DNA from: Eledone cirrhosa
Taxonomy: Eukaryota
Assembly: GCA_964016885.1 (NCBI GenBank)
Contig: OZ024742.1
Span: 333,064,001-333,128,000 of the forward strand
Direction: 5' to 3'
Length of the DNA: 64,000 nt
A model generated the notes under the pieces. The model did not search any database and had not been told where the DNA came from. It was given only the letters and a program-made list of their open reading frames with translations. A program made the translations under genes and the position numbers. Of the stretch, positions 41,490 through 55,640 are shown piece after piece (positions within the stretch are counted from its first letter, which is position 1; each line of letters opens with the position of its first letter).

Positions 41490-44400
41490 GTGAAAAGCGG
41501 AGGCGTGCTAATGTTGGTGGTGATGACAGCGGTGGAGTGCTAGTGTTGGTGGTGATGACAGCGGAGGCGTGCTAGTGTTGGTGGTGATGACAGCGGTGGA
41601 GTGCTAGTGTTGGTGGTGATGACAGGGGAGGCGTGCTAGTGTTGGTGGTGATGACAGCGGTGGAGTGCTAGTGTTGGTGGTGATGACAGCGGTGGAGTGC
41701 TAGTGTTGGTGGTGATGACAGCGGAGGCATGCTAATGTTAGTGGTGATGACAGCGGAGGCATGCTAATGTTGGTGGTGATGACAACGGCGGAGTGCTAGT
41801 GTTGGTGGTGATCACAGCGGTGGAGTGCTAGTGTTGGTGGTGATGACAGCGGTGGAGTGCTAGTGTTGGTGGTGATGACAGCGGTGGAGTGCTAGTGTTG
41901 GTGGTGATGACAGCGCCGGAGTGCTAGTGTTGGTGGTGATGACAGCGGTGGAGTGCTAGTGTTGGTCGTGATGACAGCGGTGGAGTGCTAGTGTTGGTGG
42001 TGATGACAGCGGTGGAGTGCTAGTGTTGGTGGTGATGACAGCGGTGGAGTGCTAGTGTTGGTGGTGATGACAGCGGAGGCGTGCTAGTGTTGGTGGTGAT
42101 GACAGCGGAGGCATGCTAATGTTGGTGGTGATGACAGCGGAGGCATGCTAATGTTGGTGGTGATGACAACGGCGGAGTGCTAGTGTTGGTGGTGATCACA
42201 GCGGTAGAGTGCTAGTGTTGGTGGTGATGACAGCGGTGGAGTGCTAGTGTTGGTGGTGATGACAGCGGTGGAGTGCTAGTGTTGGTGGTGATGACAGCGC
42301 CGGAGTGCTAGTGTTGGTGGTGATGACAGCGGTGGAGTGCTAGTGTTGGTCGTGATGACAGCGGTGGAGTGCTAGTGTTGGTGGTGATGACAGCGGTGGA
42401 GTGCTAGTGTTGGTGGTGATGACAGCGGTGGAGTGCTAGTGTTGGTGGTGATGACAGCGGAGGCATGCTAATGTTGGTGGTGATGACAACGGCGGAGTGC
42501 TAGTGTTGGTCGTGATGACAGCGGTGGAGTTCTAGTGTTGGTGGTGATCACAGCGGTGGAGTGCTAGTGTTGGTGGTGATGACAGCGGTGGAGTGCTAGT
42601 GTTGGTGGTGATCACAGCGCCGGAGTGCTAGTGTTGGTGGTGATGACAGCGGTGGAGTGCTAGTGTTGGTCGTGATGACAGCGGAGGCATGCTAATGTTG
42701 GTGGTGATGACAACGGCGGAGTGCTAGTGTTGGTGGTGATCACAGCGGTGGAGTGCTAGTGTTGGTGGTGATGACAGCGGTGGAGTGGTAGTGTTGGTGG
42801 TGATGACAGCTGTGGAATGCTAGTGTTGGTGGTGATGACAGGGGTGGAGTGCTAGTGTTGGTGGTGATGACAGCGGTGGAGTGCTAGTGTTGGTGATGAT
42901 GACAACGGCGGAGTGCTAGTGTTGGTGGTGATCACAGCGGTGGAGTGCTAGTGTTGGTGGTGATCACAGCGGTGGAGTGCTAGTGTTGGTGGTGATGACA
43001 GCGGTTGAGTGCTAGTGTTGGTGGTGATCACAGCGCCGGAGTGCTAGTGTTGGTGGTGATGACAGCGGTGGAGTGCTAGTGTTGGTGGTGATGACAGCGG
43101 TGGAGTGCTAGTGTTGGTCGTGATGACAGCGGTGGAGTGCTAGTGTTGGTGGTGATGACAGCGGTGGAGTGCTAGTGTTGGTGGTGATGACAGCGGTGGA
43201 GTGCTAGTGTTGGTCGTGATGACAGCGGCGGAGTGCTAGTGTTGGTGGTGATGACAGCGCTGGAGTGCTAGTGTTGGTGGTGATGACAGCGGTGGAGTGC
43301 TAGTGTTGGTGGTGATGACAGCGGTGGAGTGCTAGTGTTGGTCGTGATGACAGCGGTGGAGTGCTAGTGTTGGTGGTGATGACAGCGGTGGAGTGCTAGT
43401 GTTGGTGGTGATGACAGCGGTGGAGTGCTAGTGTTGGTCGTGATGACAGCGGCGGAGTGCTAGTGTTGGTGGTGATGACAGCGCTGGAGTGCTAGTGTTG
43501 GTCGTGATGACAGCGGCGGAGTGCTAGTGTTGGTGGTGATGACAGCGGTGGAGTGCTAGTGTTGGTGGTGATGACAGCGGTGGAGTGCTAATGTTGGTGG
43601 TGATGACAGCGGTGGAGTGCTAGTGTTGGTCGTGATGACAGCGCTGGAGTGCTAGTGTTGGTGGTGATGACAGGGGTGGAGTGCTAATGTTGGTGGTGAT
43701 GACAGCTGTGGAGTGCTAGTGTTGGTGGTGATGACAGCGGTGGAGTGCTAGTGTTGGTCATGATGTCAGCGGTGGAGTGCTAATGTTGGAGGTGATGACA
43801 GCTGTGGAGTGCTAGTGTTGGTGGTGATGACAGCTGTGGAGTGCTAGTGTTGGTGGTGATGACAGCGGTGGAGTGTTAGTGTTGGTGGTGATGACAGCGG
43901 CGGAGTGCTAGTGTTGGTGGTGATGACAGCGGTCGAGTGCTAGTGTTGGTCGTGATGACAGCGGTGGAGTGCTAGTGTTGGTGGTGATCACAGTGGTGGA
44001 GTGCTAGTGTTGGTCGTGATGACAGTGGCGGAGTGCTAGTGTTGGTGGTGATGACAGCGGCGGAGTGCTAGTGTTGGTCATGATGACAGCGGCGGAGTGC
44101 TAGTGTTGGTCGTGATGACAGTGGCGGAGTGCTAGTGTTGGTCATGATGACAGTGGCGGAGTGCTAGTGTTGGTCATGATAGCAGCGGCGGCGTGCTAGT
44201 GTTGGACATGATGACAGGGGTGGAGTGCTAGTGTTGGTGGTGATGACAGCGGTGGAGTGCTAGTGTTGGTGGTGCTGACAACGGCGGAGTGCTAGTGTTG
44301 GTCATGATGACAGCGATGGAGTGGTAGTGTTGGTTTTGATGACAGGGGTGGAGTGCTAGTGTTGGTGGTGATGACAGCGGTGGAGTGCTAGTGTTGGTGG

Positions 44401-44518
44401 TGATGACAGCGGCGGAGTGCTAGTGTTGGTGGTGATGACAGCGGCGGAGTGCTAGTGTTGGTGGTGATGACAGCGGCGGAGTGCTAGTGTTGGTGGTGAT
44501 GACAGCGGTGGAGTGCTC
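41490..44518. repeat. 32-bp minisatellite (~95 copies)
   Basis: Consensus gacagcggtggagtgctagtgttggtggtgat, highly homogeneous. Confidence 0.96.
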
Positions 44519-44680
44519 GTGTGTAATGATGTAGATGTTTAGAATCAATACACAATACACAGCAAGTTCTTATCCTTTACTCTTTCTCTCTCTATCTGTC
44601 TCTCTCTCTCCGTCCATCTTTCACTCTATCTAAATCCCTCTCTCGCCCCCTCTTTCTCCCTCTTTCTCTCTGCATAGGTG

Positions 44681-44735
<55 letters not shown>

Positions 44736-45511
44736 GTGTGTGCGTGTATATGCGTGTGCGCGCATGTTTTTTTGTTATAATGGCGTGTACATGTGTGCGT
44801 GTATATGTATTGTATGTATAAATCTTCTCACACCACCCCCGCCACAACCAGCAGCAATAAGATCTATTGCACATTGCATGTTTCAATGTTTCTCTCTCTT
44901 TCCCTCTCTAGCTAGTTTCTGTCTCTCTGCATGCATATGTATGTAGAGGTGTGTGTGTCCGCGCGTGTGTGGTTGCATGCGAGTGTGCGTGTGTTTGTAT
45001 GTATGTTTGCGTGTGTGTGTGTGTGTCTCTGTGCACGCGTGTGTGCACGCGTGTGTGCACGCATGTGTGCACGCATGTGTGCTTTTGTATCACACAATCA
45101 CTCTATAACTCTCGTACTCTCCAATACACCATAGTAAAACTACATTGCATTGCATTCATTGTTAATATTGTGCGAGTATGTCTCACTTTCCAACTCTCTC
45201 TCTATAACATTCATACTATCTCTCTTCCTCACTTTCTCCCTCTGTCTCTCTCTCTCTATCTTTGCATTGCTGCACTTTGGTGCAAGAAAATTACATCGCA
45301 TTCAACATTATTATTGCATCTATCTCCTTTCCTCTACATTCTCTCTCTTCTCTCTCTCCCCCCTGCTCACTCTACGTTGGTGCAATTTATAGCAATAGCA
45401 TTACGCTGCATATAACTTTTCTGCTTACTCTTTCTTCTGTCTCATTTTCCTTGTTTTTTTTCTTCTCTTCTCTACATTATCCCCTTCCAAACACACACAC
45501 ATACACACACG

Positions 45512-45652
<141 letters not shown>

Positions 45653-45708
45653 AAACACTGGCATGCACGCACAATCACATACACTCTCTACATTATCCCC
45701 TTCCAAAC

Positions 45709-45908
45709 NNNNNNNNNNNNNNNNNNNNNNNNNNNNNNNNNNNNNNNNNNNNNNNNNNNNNNNNNNNNNNNNNNNNNNNNNNNNNNNNNNNNNNNNNNNN
45801 NNNNNNNNNNNNNNNNNNNNNNNNNNNNNNNNNNNNNNNNNNNNNNNNNNNNNNNNNNNNNNNNNNNNNNNNNNNNNNNNNNNNNNNNNNNNNNNNNNNN
45901 NNNNNNNN
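45709..45908. other. Assembly gap (200 N)
   Basis: Run of N. Confidence 0.99.
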
Positions 45909-46170
45909 GCATCAACATACGTTAACCTTGGTATTCTTCTTCCAGTGTGTCCATGCTGGAGCTCCCACAGGAGTACTGAGTGCAGTGTCAAATCTGGATG
46001 TCGGTGAGCATGTCCGCCTAACCTCAATCTCCTCTGTGTCACTTTGGAGCTTACTTTTGGGAAGCTCCCGTACAACTCTGAGTTCTTCATCTTCAGAGTA
46101 TACTGATTAATGTTCATAGCCATCCTCAGCATTCTCGTGTAGCACCCATCCACCATCTGTTTGAGTTTCT
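45909..46170 (-). mobile_element. RTE-like LINE C-terminal fragment
   Basis: KLKQMVDGCYTRMLRMAMNI...NSELYG..PKVSSKVTQRRLRLGGHAHRH...GRRIPRLTYVD. Confidence 0.8.
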
Positions 46171-46539
46171 TGTGTGCGTGTGTGTTTATGTATATGTGTG
46201 TGTGTGTTTCTGACCGTAAAAGTACTGTAGGAATCAAAAGAGGGGTGTGTGCATGACGGAGTGATCATAAACGGTGTAAGAGTATCCATGCCCTGGGTTA
46301 TAGATGCACACGCGAGCGCATGCGTGCAAGGGTAAATATAGATTATATTTACATATATATATATGTCTGAAGAACTTTGTAACGCGAACTAGTGCGAAAT
46401 GTATTATAATTATTGACCAACAAATCAAATTACTTCTCTAAAGATCTGGCGTTTCGAGCCACTTTTTTCCATATAAAACAAGTAACATTCAAAGACCAAC
46501 CAGATGTGAGAAAAACCACAGACCCTGCATCTCAACTCT

Positions 46540-46577
46540 ACTTTTGAAAAGCAGAAGAACTGCGAAACCGGTAAAGT
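46540..46577 (+). ncRNA. Decayed minimal hammerhead
   Basis: actt TTGAAAA gcag aagaa ctgc GAAA ccgg TA aagt. All three stems are intact; the core CUGANGA has two substitutions. Confidence 0.6.
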
Positions 46578-47316
46578 TACCAAATAAATATATATATTTT
46601 TTTTTAAAATAAGACCTTAGTTGCATTTTCGATTCATCTTTTTTTCATTATACTTTCACTCGTGTAGGACAACTCGGTTATTTTTGATTTTGTAAAAAAC
46701 CCCTCACTTTCTAATATATATATATATATATGAATAGACCGAGAAACGGGACTGTCCATCATCGGTGGTCTGCTGACTATCATTGGTATTTCTTCGCATT
46801 AAAGACCAGATACCTCAATATCAGTGCGATCAATAACTAAAATAAGTTATTGGGACAGAGCGAATTGGATGGGGAAAGTAAACAAACAACATAGTAGTAA
46901 TGCAACGTAAAGAGAGGAAAATTGAGACAAGTCAATGATACTTGTCGACTTAAGTCCGAACAAATCAATCGATGAGAAGGGGCAGACACGTCTGAACCAC
47001 ACGAACAGTGAGAAAGAAAAGGTTTCACACAGGTCAGTGGGAGGAAGTGAGAGAGGTGGAGTAGCAGAGAGTGAGTGAATGAAAATGTGAGGAAGAGGCC
47101 AGCCGAGAGAGTGTGTGACCAGCAGAGGGGGTTGGGGGTGAATGAAAGCAAGACGTACAAGGAGAGAGAAGGGGGAGAGAGAAAGAGGATAGCAGTAAGG
47201 TGATAGAAAAAAGACAAACCACAGCTAGGGGGAAAAATTATATATGAATGAAAAAATGGCGTGCTGCGTTGTTGCGAGTGTGATACATATGAATGAAACT
47301 AGTATGCATATATATG

Positions 47317-47388
<72 letters not shown>

Positions 47389-47731
47389 TGCTACTGTATA
47401 TATATATAAATGAAAAGTATAGAAATTGTTGTAGCGAGAAGCTAACAGTATTCCATATATATATATTAAAATAACAGATTAAAGTTTAAGCAAAGAATAT
47501 ATATATATATACATCCTTGCACACATGGGCTAGCGAATGTATCTTTAAACCAAGGTACAGTCAGAATATATTAAGATTAAAATATATAAGTAAATATATA
47601 ATATTGAACGTTCAGATATTTAAGTATTACAGACGAATTAACCTATATATATATATATATATATGCATTTTTGTATGCACATAGACATAGACGTGCATGC
47701 AATTTCCATATATAATTATACATACACAGTA

Positions 47732-47794
<63 letters not shown>

Positions 47795-48007
47795 CAGAGA
47801 GAGAGAGAAATGACATCAATTACTCCGACTTAGTTTTAGTCGGACAAATGTAATGTGTTCACGTGAGTGAGTTGTCATTAAGTTAACATTTGTTTTTGCT
47901 ATGTACGCTTGTACAAAAATACCGCATTTCAATATACGCATATTTATCTCTCACTCATATGAATGTGTATATATATATTTGTGTGTATGTATGTATGTAT
48001 GTATGAA

Positions 48008-48385
48008 TGTTATATCAGAGTTTTCCTTCTCATGACGGTATCCAATGATGTTGACTTGTTCCTCTTTTTGCTAAATATCATCTTGGTTAAGAGAGTGGGA
48101 CTGGCTTTGTGCAGTTCCTTTGCTCACTATAAAAGCTTTCCGGCACAGGCATTGCTTTATATCTGGAGATCTCTCTGCACTTGTCGTCACATGGTACCAT
48201 GGGCCCAGCACTATGTGTCAATAATTGTCACAAGTGCAGTGTTTGTACCAGAGTTTTCAAGTCGCTGGCTGGACTAAAGAGTCACACTCGTTCAGCGCAT
48301 CGGTAGGAGTTCTCCTACATGGATATAAAGTAGTAGCCGTACTCGAAAACGAGTTGGCAGCCACCATGTATGTATGTATGCATGT
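48008..48385 (+). mobile_element. RTE-derived short non-autonomous element, 5'-truncated with a short inverted 5' piece
   Basis: Matches 56658-56990 in reverse. The first ~24 bp are inverted relative to the full copy. (ATGT)n tail. Confidence 0.8.
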
Positions 48386-49395
48386 ATGTAGGGCGGAAGA
48401 ACTCATAAGTCAATGACCATCCACAAGTGTGTAAATATGTATATGCACATGTACATATGTATGTATATGCATGGGTGCATGTGTTAATATATGCGCGGTG
48501 ACATGGAAATAGTCGGGTTGGACCCCCGATCGCGTGGTTGAACCACTGGGAGTTAAGGTCCCCTAGCCTCTATAAGGGTATTCTTATAGGAGAAGGCAAC
48601 TCAGGAAACTCCGACATAAAAACCTGCGGCTCAGTAGTTACCGATGATGTTTATCTTTTCTTCTTTTCGGGTTATATCTACTGTCGCTCAGAGAGTGGGA
48701 TTGGCTCAGTGCACAGTCTTTCCTCACTTTAAAAAAATATCTTCGCGCACAGGCATTGCACGATAGAATTAATTAATAATTATTAATATTGGTATATCGT
48801 GCAATGGCCATTCTCGATAACGAGGAGTCAGCCATCATGTATGTATGCAAGCATGTGTGTATATGTATGCATTTATATATATATATTTATATACTCTAAT
48901 ATACAATTAAGTCAGTATAAATATATATATGTACAGATTAGTTGTATATTAGAGTACTTTCTCATTTAGAGGCTGCTTAATTGGTGAAGACATTGTCTTG
49001 GAACCAATAATCTTATTCTGTCAGTTAGTATACCAAAGAGGAGACAGATAGACGAGTTTGAAACTAGAATAAACACTGAAGAATATTCTAGTTGACTTTT
49101 ACTATTTGCCTGTGAGCTTTTTTGTTCCTTTTAATAAATAAAATTTGGATTGTTTTCATATGTATTTCATTTGAACCAACCATTTTATGTCGATTCAGCA
49201 AATTGAGAAGAAGTATTTTTTATAGAAGTAAACCTACGGCAACAACATCAAGGAATGCAAATAATTGCAGCTGCGCATACTAACAGAGCATATACACAAC
49301 ATTCGGAAAAATACATACATACGCACCTACATACATAGCTATATACATACCACTATACATACATGCGCACACACACACAAACTCACCAGCACATG

Positions 49396-49427
<32 letters not shown>

Positions 49428-49495
49428 CAATATGCCTTACACGTACCACATAAATTCAAACAATCATCTTTCTCTCTTTCTCTATCTATTTCTCC

Positions 49496-49626
<131 letters not shown>

Positions 49627-50209
49627 AATAATACACATACTCTGATTTGCACAATATATATTTGTATATATAATAGTATCCACCGGAAGACTTGATACGT
49701 TTTTTCCCCTTCCTTTCAGGGTGGCTAGATTAATATCGGGTAACCTTTAATGAACGTATAATATGTCTGTCGAGGATATGTCTAAGCTGTAATAGGCAGC
49801 GCCCATAGCGCTGATGATAGCTTACTTTGTGTTGCTTAGTTACCCAACTAGATGTCTGGGGCGACCTATCGTAACAGGGCTGCCATTTTATTACACCATT
49901 ATATACAACCTATACACATAGATAGATTAGATATATGGATATTTTCATACGCAAAAACATACTTACACTCGTTTCTACGTTCAATCATTCCAATATACAC
50001 ACATTCACAAATGCATACATACGCAAGTACTTACATACATACATGCATAGAATCGTAATACATATGTACATACAAACATTCATACATACATATGTGCCTA
50101 CACCGCCCAAACGTCTTTCGATTTTGAAGTTTGCAGTATTTAAGTATTTGCAGATGCGATAATGCCAAACATAAACGCACTCTCCATTCTGTCTATAAAC
50201 CCATACATA

Positions 50210-50258
<49 letters not shown>

Positions 50259-50315
50259 GACGTAAAATAAGAAAATTATAAAAATGCATCTGTATATATA
50301 TGTTGGTGGATATAC

Positions 50316-50360
<45 letters not shown>

Positions 50361-50367
50361 TAGCGAG

Positions 50368-50756
50368 GTTTTTTATATGAAATCGTGTGTCGAAACAGAT
50401 ATTGTTATACTTGGGGAGGGTCATATTTGCGTAATATTGCCAGAATGCGTAATATTGAATTAAAAAAATGGCGTAGACATACAACACAACAGGAGGAAAA
50501 AAAATATAACACCACTGACGATGTTGCAGATGTGCAACGAAAGATTTATGTAAATTATGTAAACTACATATATGTGTTTGTGTCTATATTATATCTGTAT
50601 TATTTTTGACCGTCGGTCAGGCAATGGCAACATTGAGGACCGAGTAAGTTAGATCGCAGATATAAAAGACAGCGAGAAGCGAAAACCAACCAAACAGTGA
50701 GTGTGTTCTGTTATTAATTCTGGCAATATTACGCAAATATGACCCTCCCCAAGTAT

Positions 50757-50762
<6 letters not shown>
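50368..50762. mobile_element. Solo PLE pseudo-LTR, tail-to-tail, with hammerhead core
   Basis: 50398-50445 is inverted relative to 50718-50762. 50467-50762 matches 15940-16235. CTGACGA t-gttgca gatg tgcaac GAAA at 50515-50542. Flanked by (TA)n. Confidence 0.8.
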
Positions 50763-50801
<39 letters not shown>

Positions 50802-50863
50802 TATATATATACATACATGTACATATACATACAAACATGTACATATACCTATATACATAGACT

Positions 50864-50894
<31 letters not shown>

Positions 50895-51584
50895 CGTTTT
50901 TGTGTGTGTAGGGGAAGTTTAATGCATTTTAATATAAAATCTAGCTTTTGTTGCAGGTGATTTTCTATCAGCAGTATCATTTAGAAGAGGGGGTGGCTGG
51001 AATAGACTTGTTAGGCGATGAAAATGCTAAAGAATTAGAAAAAATCGTGTAGCTACTATTTCGTCTCTGAATGAATTAACTGATAATGCGTAGGCTAGGA
51101 AAAACTTTTCAAATTTAAATCCTTCACTTTATGTGAGAATGATATATATATATGTAAATAGTCAAGAATATGTTCACTGATACAATCTCCGTCTTGTATT
51201 TATTATGTTGGAGAATGTCCTCTATATTATAGGATATTCACCTATATTGTATTATGTCTGTATATAAATATGATGAGATGCAAGTGATATTTTTTTATGG
51301 TATCTCTGTGAAATGTCTTGTGTAATGTGAAATATATTGTATATTTTGAGATATGTTTTGTATGGTGAAATATGCTGCGTAATGTAAAATGTGCCGTATA
51401 TTGTAATATATCTATATGTTCTGTAATGCGTTGAATATTGTGAGGTAAATTCTGTAGATGGAAACTGCAGAAGCCTGTAAAATATAACGATATGTATTAT
51501 GCATGTATATATGTATGTATGTATGTATGCCTGTATGCTTGTATGTATGCATGCTTGTATGTATATATGCATGCATGTATGTAT

Positions 51585-51960
51585 GTCAGTTCGCTCTCCA
51601 GTGCTACTGGTAACATGTAACTTAGTACAACGTCTCTCATGGTCGGGTCGTCGGTGACTAACCCAGCAACCCCACCAAGCTTGTTTGGTGAGGAGGGGGA
51701 TATTTGGACACCCAGCGCAATGAAATACTAGACCCGACAAAGGGCAGAGAAACGCGGCAGAGTTAACGGCCATCGAAATAGTACTTTTATTTTCCTCTGG
51801 GAGTGAAAGGCCCCCAGTTGTTGTCACAGAAGCTTTCTAAAAGAGGGTAACTATGAAAAAACACCTGCGGCTTAGGAAGCATCCGATGATATTGACCAGT
51901 TCTCCTTTTCTGGTATTGTTTCCGATGCTCAAAGAGAATGATTGGTCGGTCAAGGCCTTT
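51585..51960 (+). mobile_element. Diverged 5' part of the RTE-derived short element
   Basis: gtgctactggtaacatgta..agtacaac..ggtcgggtc..gactaa..gcaaccccaccaag..tggtgaggaggg is homologous to 57005-57265. Confidence 0.65.
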
Positions 51961-53452
51961 CCCCACTTAAAAAACCTTCAAAGCACAGGCAATGCTTGTT
52001 CAGAATCTGTTACAGGTACGTGTGGCTGGCAGTAGCCTGAAAGTGCACAATTTTCTGTAATCTGACAACCGATTGCAATATTATTAGCAGACTTTGCATC
52101 CATCATATATGCGTGTATATTGATATATGTAAGTATGTGTCTGCCTGTCTGGACTTAGCAATGTAAAATAAAGCCTCGTGTTTATGGACACAATGCATCG
52201 CCAAGTCCAAGAATCAAACGAGCGACCATATGATCAAGAGTCCAACATTCTAACTACTAGAGCAAACCTTTACAAAGTTACCTTTAAACAAATATATATA
52301 TTAAAATGTATAAAAACAGGAAATTAGTAAAACATTTAAATATGCAAATTTAAAAAAAGAAATAATGTTATTCGATGTTTCGGCTTTAACATGATCGAAA
52401 CCCCACCTGTAACATTCAAATTGCAAAATAAACTGTAAACGACACCAAAGCCCTTATGACAGACGGGTACAAATGCGCTCAGCATGAAAGATGTGTAAAC
52501 TGCGATATGCAAATCATGAAATCGCCATGGGTCCCTTAACTATCAAACGTTATTATTTTTATTACGATTATCATTATTTTTTTCTACATGATTTGAATAT
52601 TACAACTCATACATCGTTGCCATGTTGTGAATTTCGGCTTGTCATGACAATTTTGGTGTTGTTTACACTTTTAATTCTTATTTGAAATTTCTTTTCAATT
52701 TCAGGTTTACGGCTTCTCTACACTCGCGATAGAATATATTTATTTTCTCGAAATACTCCCTGTAATGTAGCAATTACTACATTCATATCTTTTTTTTTTT
52801 AATGAATCGCCAAAAGGCTTAAAGCGATATTCTAGAATCATACTTCAAATTTGAATAGTTTTAGCTTAGCAAGTACACAGTTTACTCCGTCGAGATTTGA
52901 AGACACGTGAAAAGAATTACTTCTCTCTTTTTATTTTCAATTTAAATGAAGCAATAATTTAAAGATTACACGTATATGGCCCACACAGCTTTTGGTAATA
53001 CTATATTTGGTAAATAGACACTAAATACGACTGGAATGGTTGGATAAACAGATGAATGGAATTGGTGTTAAAGAACATATTTATTTACATATTATTTTTG
53101 TCACTGGAGTTTTTCATGTTGTTTTTGTTATTTATTGTTATTTCAGGATATCTCCGTTTCCTCTGTTTATTTACCAAAGGGAATCTATGCACAATTGTTT
53201 GTTCTTCTCTGGGTTAGTGTCTTTGATGCCACAGGCATCTGAAACAACACAAATAAGCTGTTTCTAGAGGAGAATTAAAAAAAGTATAAAAACTGAAAAA
53301 TAACAATAAAAACAACCCCATATGTGTTTGTATGTGTTTGTGTATGTATGTCTGAATGTGCGTAATATCGGTTCGTTCTCAAAACAATTTCAGTGATTCT
53401 ACCCGCATAGAGGGTGGAGCACACTTGTGCCACACTCGCATGCTCATATAAT

Positions 53453-53511
<59 letters not shown>

Positions 53512-54356
53512 CAATCATTAGAAAACTGTTTGACAACGATAAAACAAATGTTCAGTTGATTACTGTAATTCTTGCTATTGTTGGTGTGGTTGATGTTGAT
53601 GTTGGTTGTAATTTAGCCGTGTGTCAACTTTGTTTGAGCATACCTATACACAAAGATATTACGGCCATAACCAACACATCTTGTTCTCATATATACCATA
53701 TCGAAAACTACTTTATACAGTCAAGTATGTCTTATTTTTTTAAATGTTTACGCAATAATTTGAGGGAAATTAGTCTACTCTTCCTAGCATTTCATGTAAC
53801 TTTAGATTTCGTTATACAATATACTAATTCGGCACACTTATATTTATAGAAAATTGTATTGGTTTTATTCTTATGTCATTTTCAATTAGTATCGGAAAAC
53901 GATATTTTTTCGGGGCTTTATATTATCAACTTAAAACTACCTTTCACTCTTCCAAGCCTGATAAAATAAAATACCAGTCATGGATGATTTCGATATAAAT
54001 TAACTAACACTCGAAATTGCTGGTCTTTCGCCTAACTTAGAAACCCGAATATTAAAATTGTTTGACCGTGGAACGAAAAGCTTTACGGTGCTAGTTTCTG
54101 ATTTGTGCACTCTGAGTTTAAAACAGTTGGATTCAACTTTTCCCTTCATCATTCTTTGATAGATAAAGGAAAATACCATTCAAATATTGAAGTTGATTTC
54201 ATAGACTTTCCTCTCACGTAAAATTGTTGGTCGTGTGCCTAAATTCCTCAAAACCCCTTCACCTTACGCATGCTCATGAATAAGCCACTAGATCAACACA
54301 GCATACAACAATATGACTCTCCCCAAGTATAACAATATATATATATATATATATAT

Positions 54357-54790
54357 ATGGTGGCTGCCAACTCGTTTTCGAGTACGGCCACTACTTTATA
54401 TCCATGTAGGAGAGCCCCTACCGATGCGCTGAACAAGTGTGACTTTTTAGTCCAGCCAGCGACTTGAAAACTCTGGTACAAACACTACACTTGTGACAAT
54501 TATTGACACATAGTGCTGGGCCCAAGGTACCATGTGACGAAAAGTGCAGAGAGATCTCCAAATATAAAGCAATGCCTGTGCCGTGAAGCTTTTATAGTGA
54601 GCAAAGGCACTGCACAAAGCCAGTGCCACTCTCTTAACCAAGATGATATTTACCAAAAAGAAGTACAAGTCCACATCACTGGATAGCATCAGGGTTGCAG
54701 GTGTTATATCAGAGTTTTCCTTCTCCTAGAATTCTGCCTTGACAAAGGCTAAGGGTCATCTCTCCCGGAGGCTAAGGGGTCATCTCTCCC
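54357..54790 (-). mobile_element. RTE-derived short non-autonomous element (5'-truncated)
   Basis: Collinear with 56658-57070. Confidence 0.82.
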
Positions 54791-54832
<42 letters not shown>

Positions 54833-54887
54833 CCTTGCAAGCAGGGAAAAGCGGACGTAAAATGATGATGATGATGATGTTGATGAA

Positions 54888-54936
<49 letters not shown>

Positions 54937-55314
54937 CAAATTATATATACAACATAAAAGTGTTGACTAATCAGGGTTGAATACAAATACACATATACAT
55001 ACACACATTATATATAAATATATATATCAGGGTTTACATGTGTGTGAGTACGTCATTGAGTTTGCGTGTATGTTAAAGAATCATACATTTTTGTCTTTGA
55101 ATATATTAGTATATGAGCACGTAGTGTGTGAATGTATATCTGTGTTGCTGCGCGTTAATACGCCGGAAGGATTGTATGTATAGTTAATTCAAGCGCTGTT
55201 CATTTAGGTGAATGTTTTGGTACAGTCATTAGGAATGAAATGATTTCTTACAGATTTTATCAGAGGAGCTGGGCTTACAGTGAAATAACTTAAGTTAACA
55301 ACAAGAAAAATAAC

Positions 55315-55377
<63 letters not shown>

Positions 55378-55445
55378 GGTAGTAGTAGTGGTGGTGGTGG
55401 TGGTGGTGGTGGTGGTGGTAGTGATGGTGATGGTGGTGGTGGTGA

Positions 55446-55516
<71 letters not shown>

Positions 55517-55560
55517 ATGGTGGTGGTAGTGATGGTGATGGTGGTGGTGGTGGTGGTGGC

Positions 55561-55594
<34 letters not shown>

Positions 55595-55640
55595 GCAGTA
55601 GTAGTAGTAGTAGCAGTGGTGGTGGCGGTGGTGGTGGTGG
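55315..55640. repeat. Compound (GTA)n/(GTG)n trinucleotide repeat
   Basis: Read directly; gives the poly-V, poly-T and poly-L ORF artefacts. Confidence 0.95.

Noticed and set aside
49805-49855. gcgCTGATGAtagct resembling the array ribozyme's 5' half
   Set aside because: No closing stem II, GAAA or stem I partner follows.
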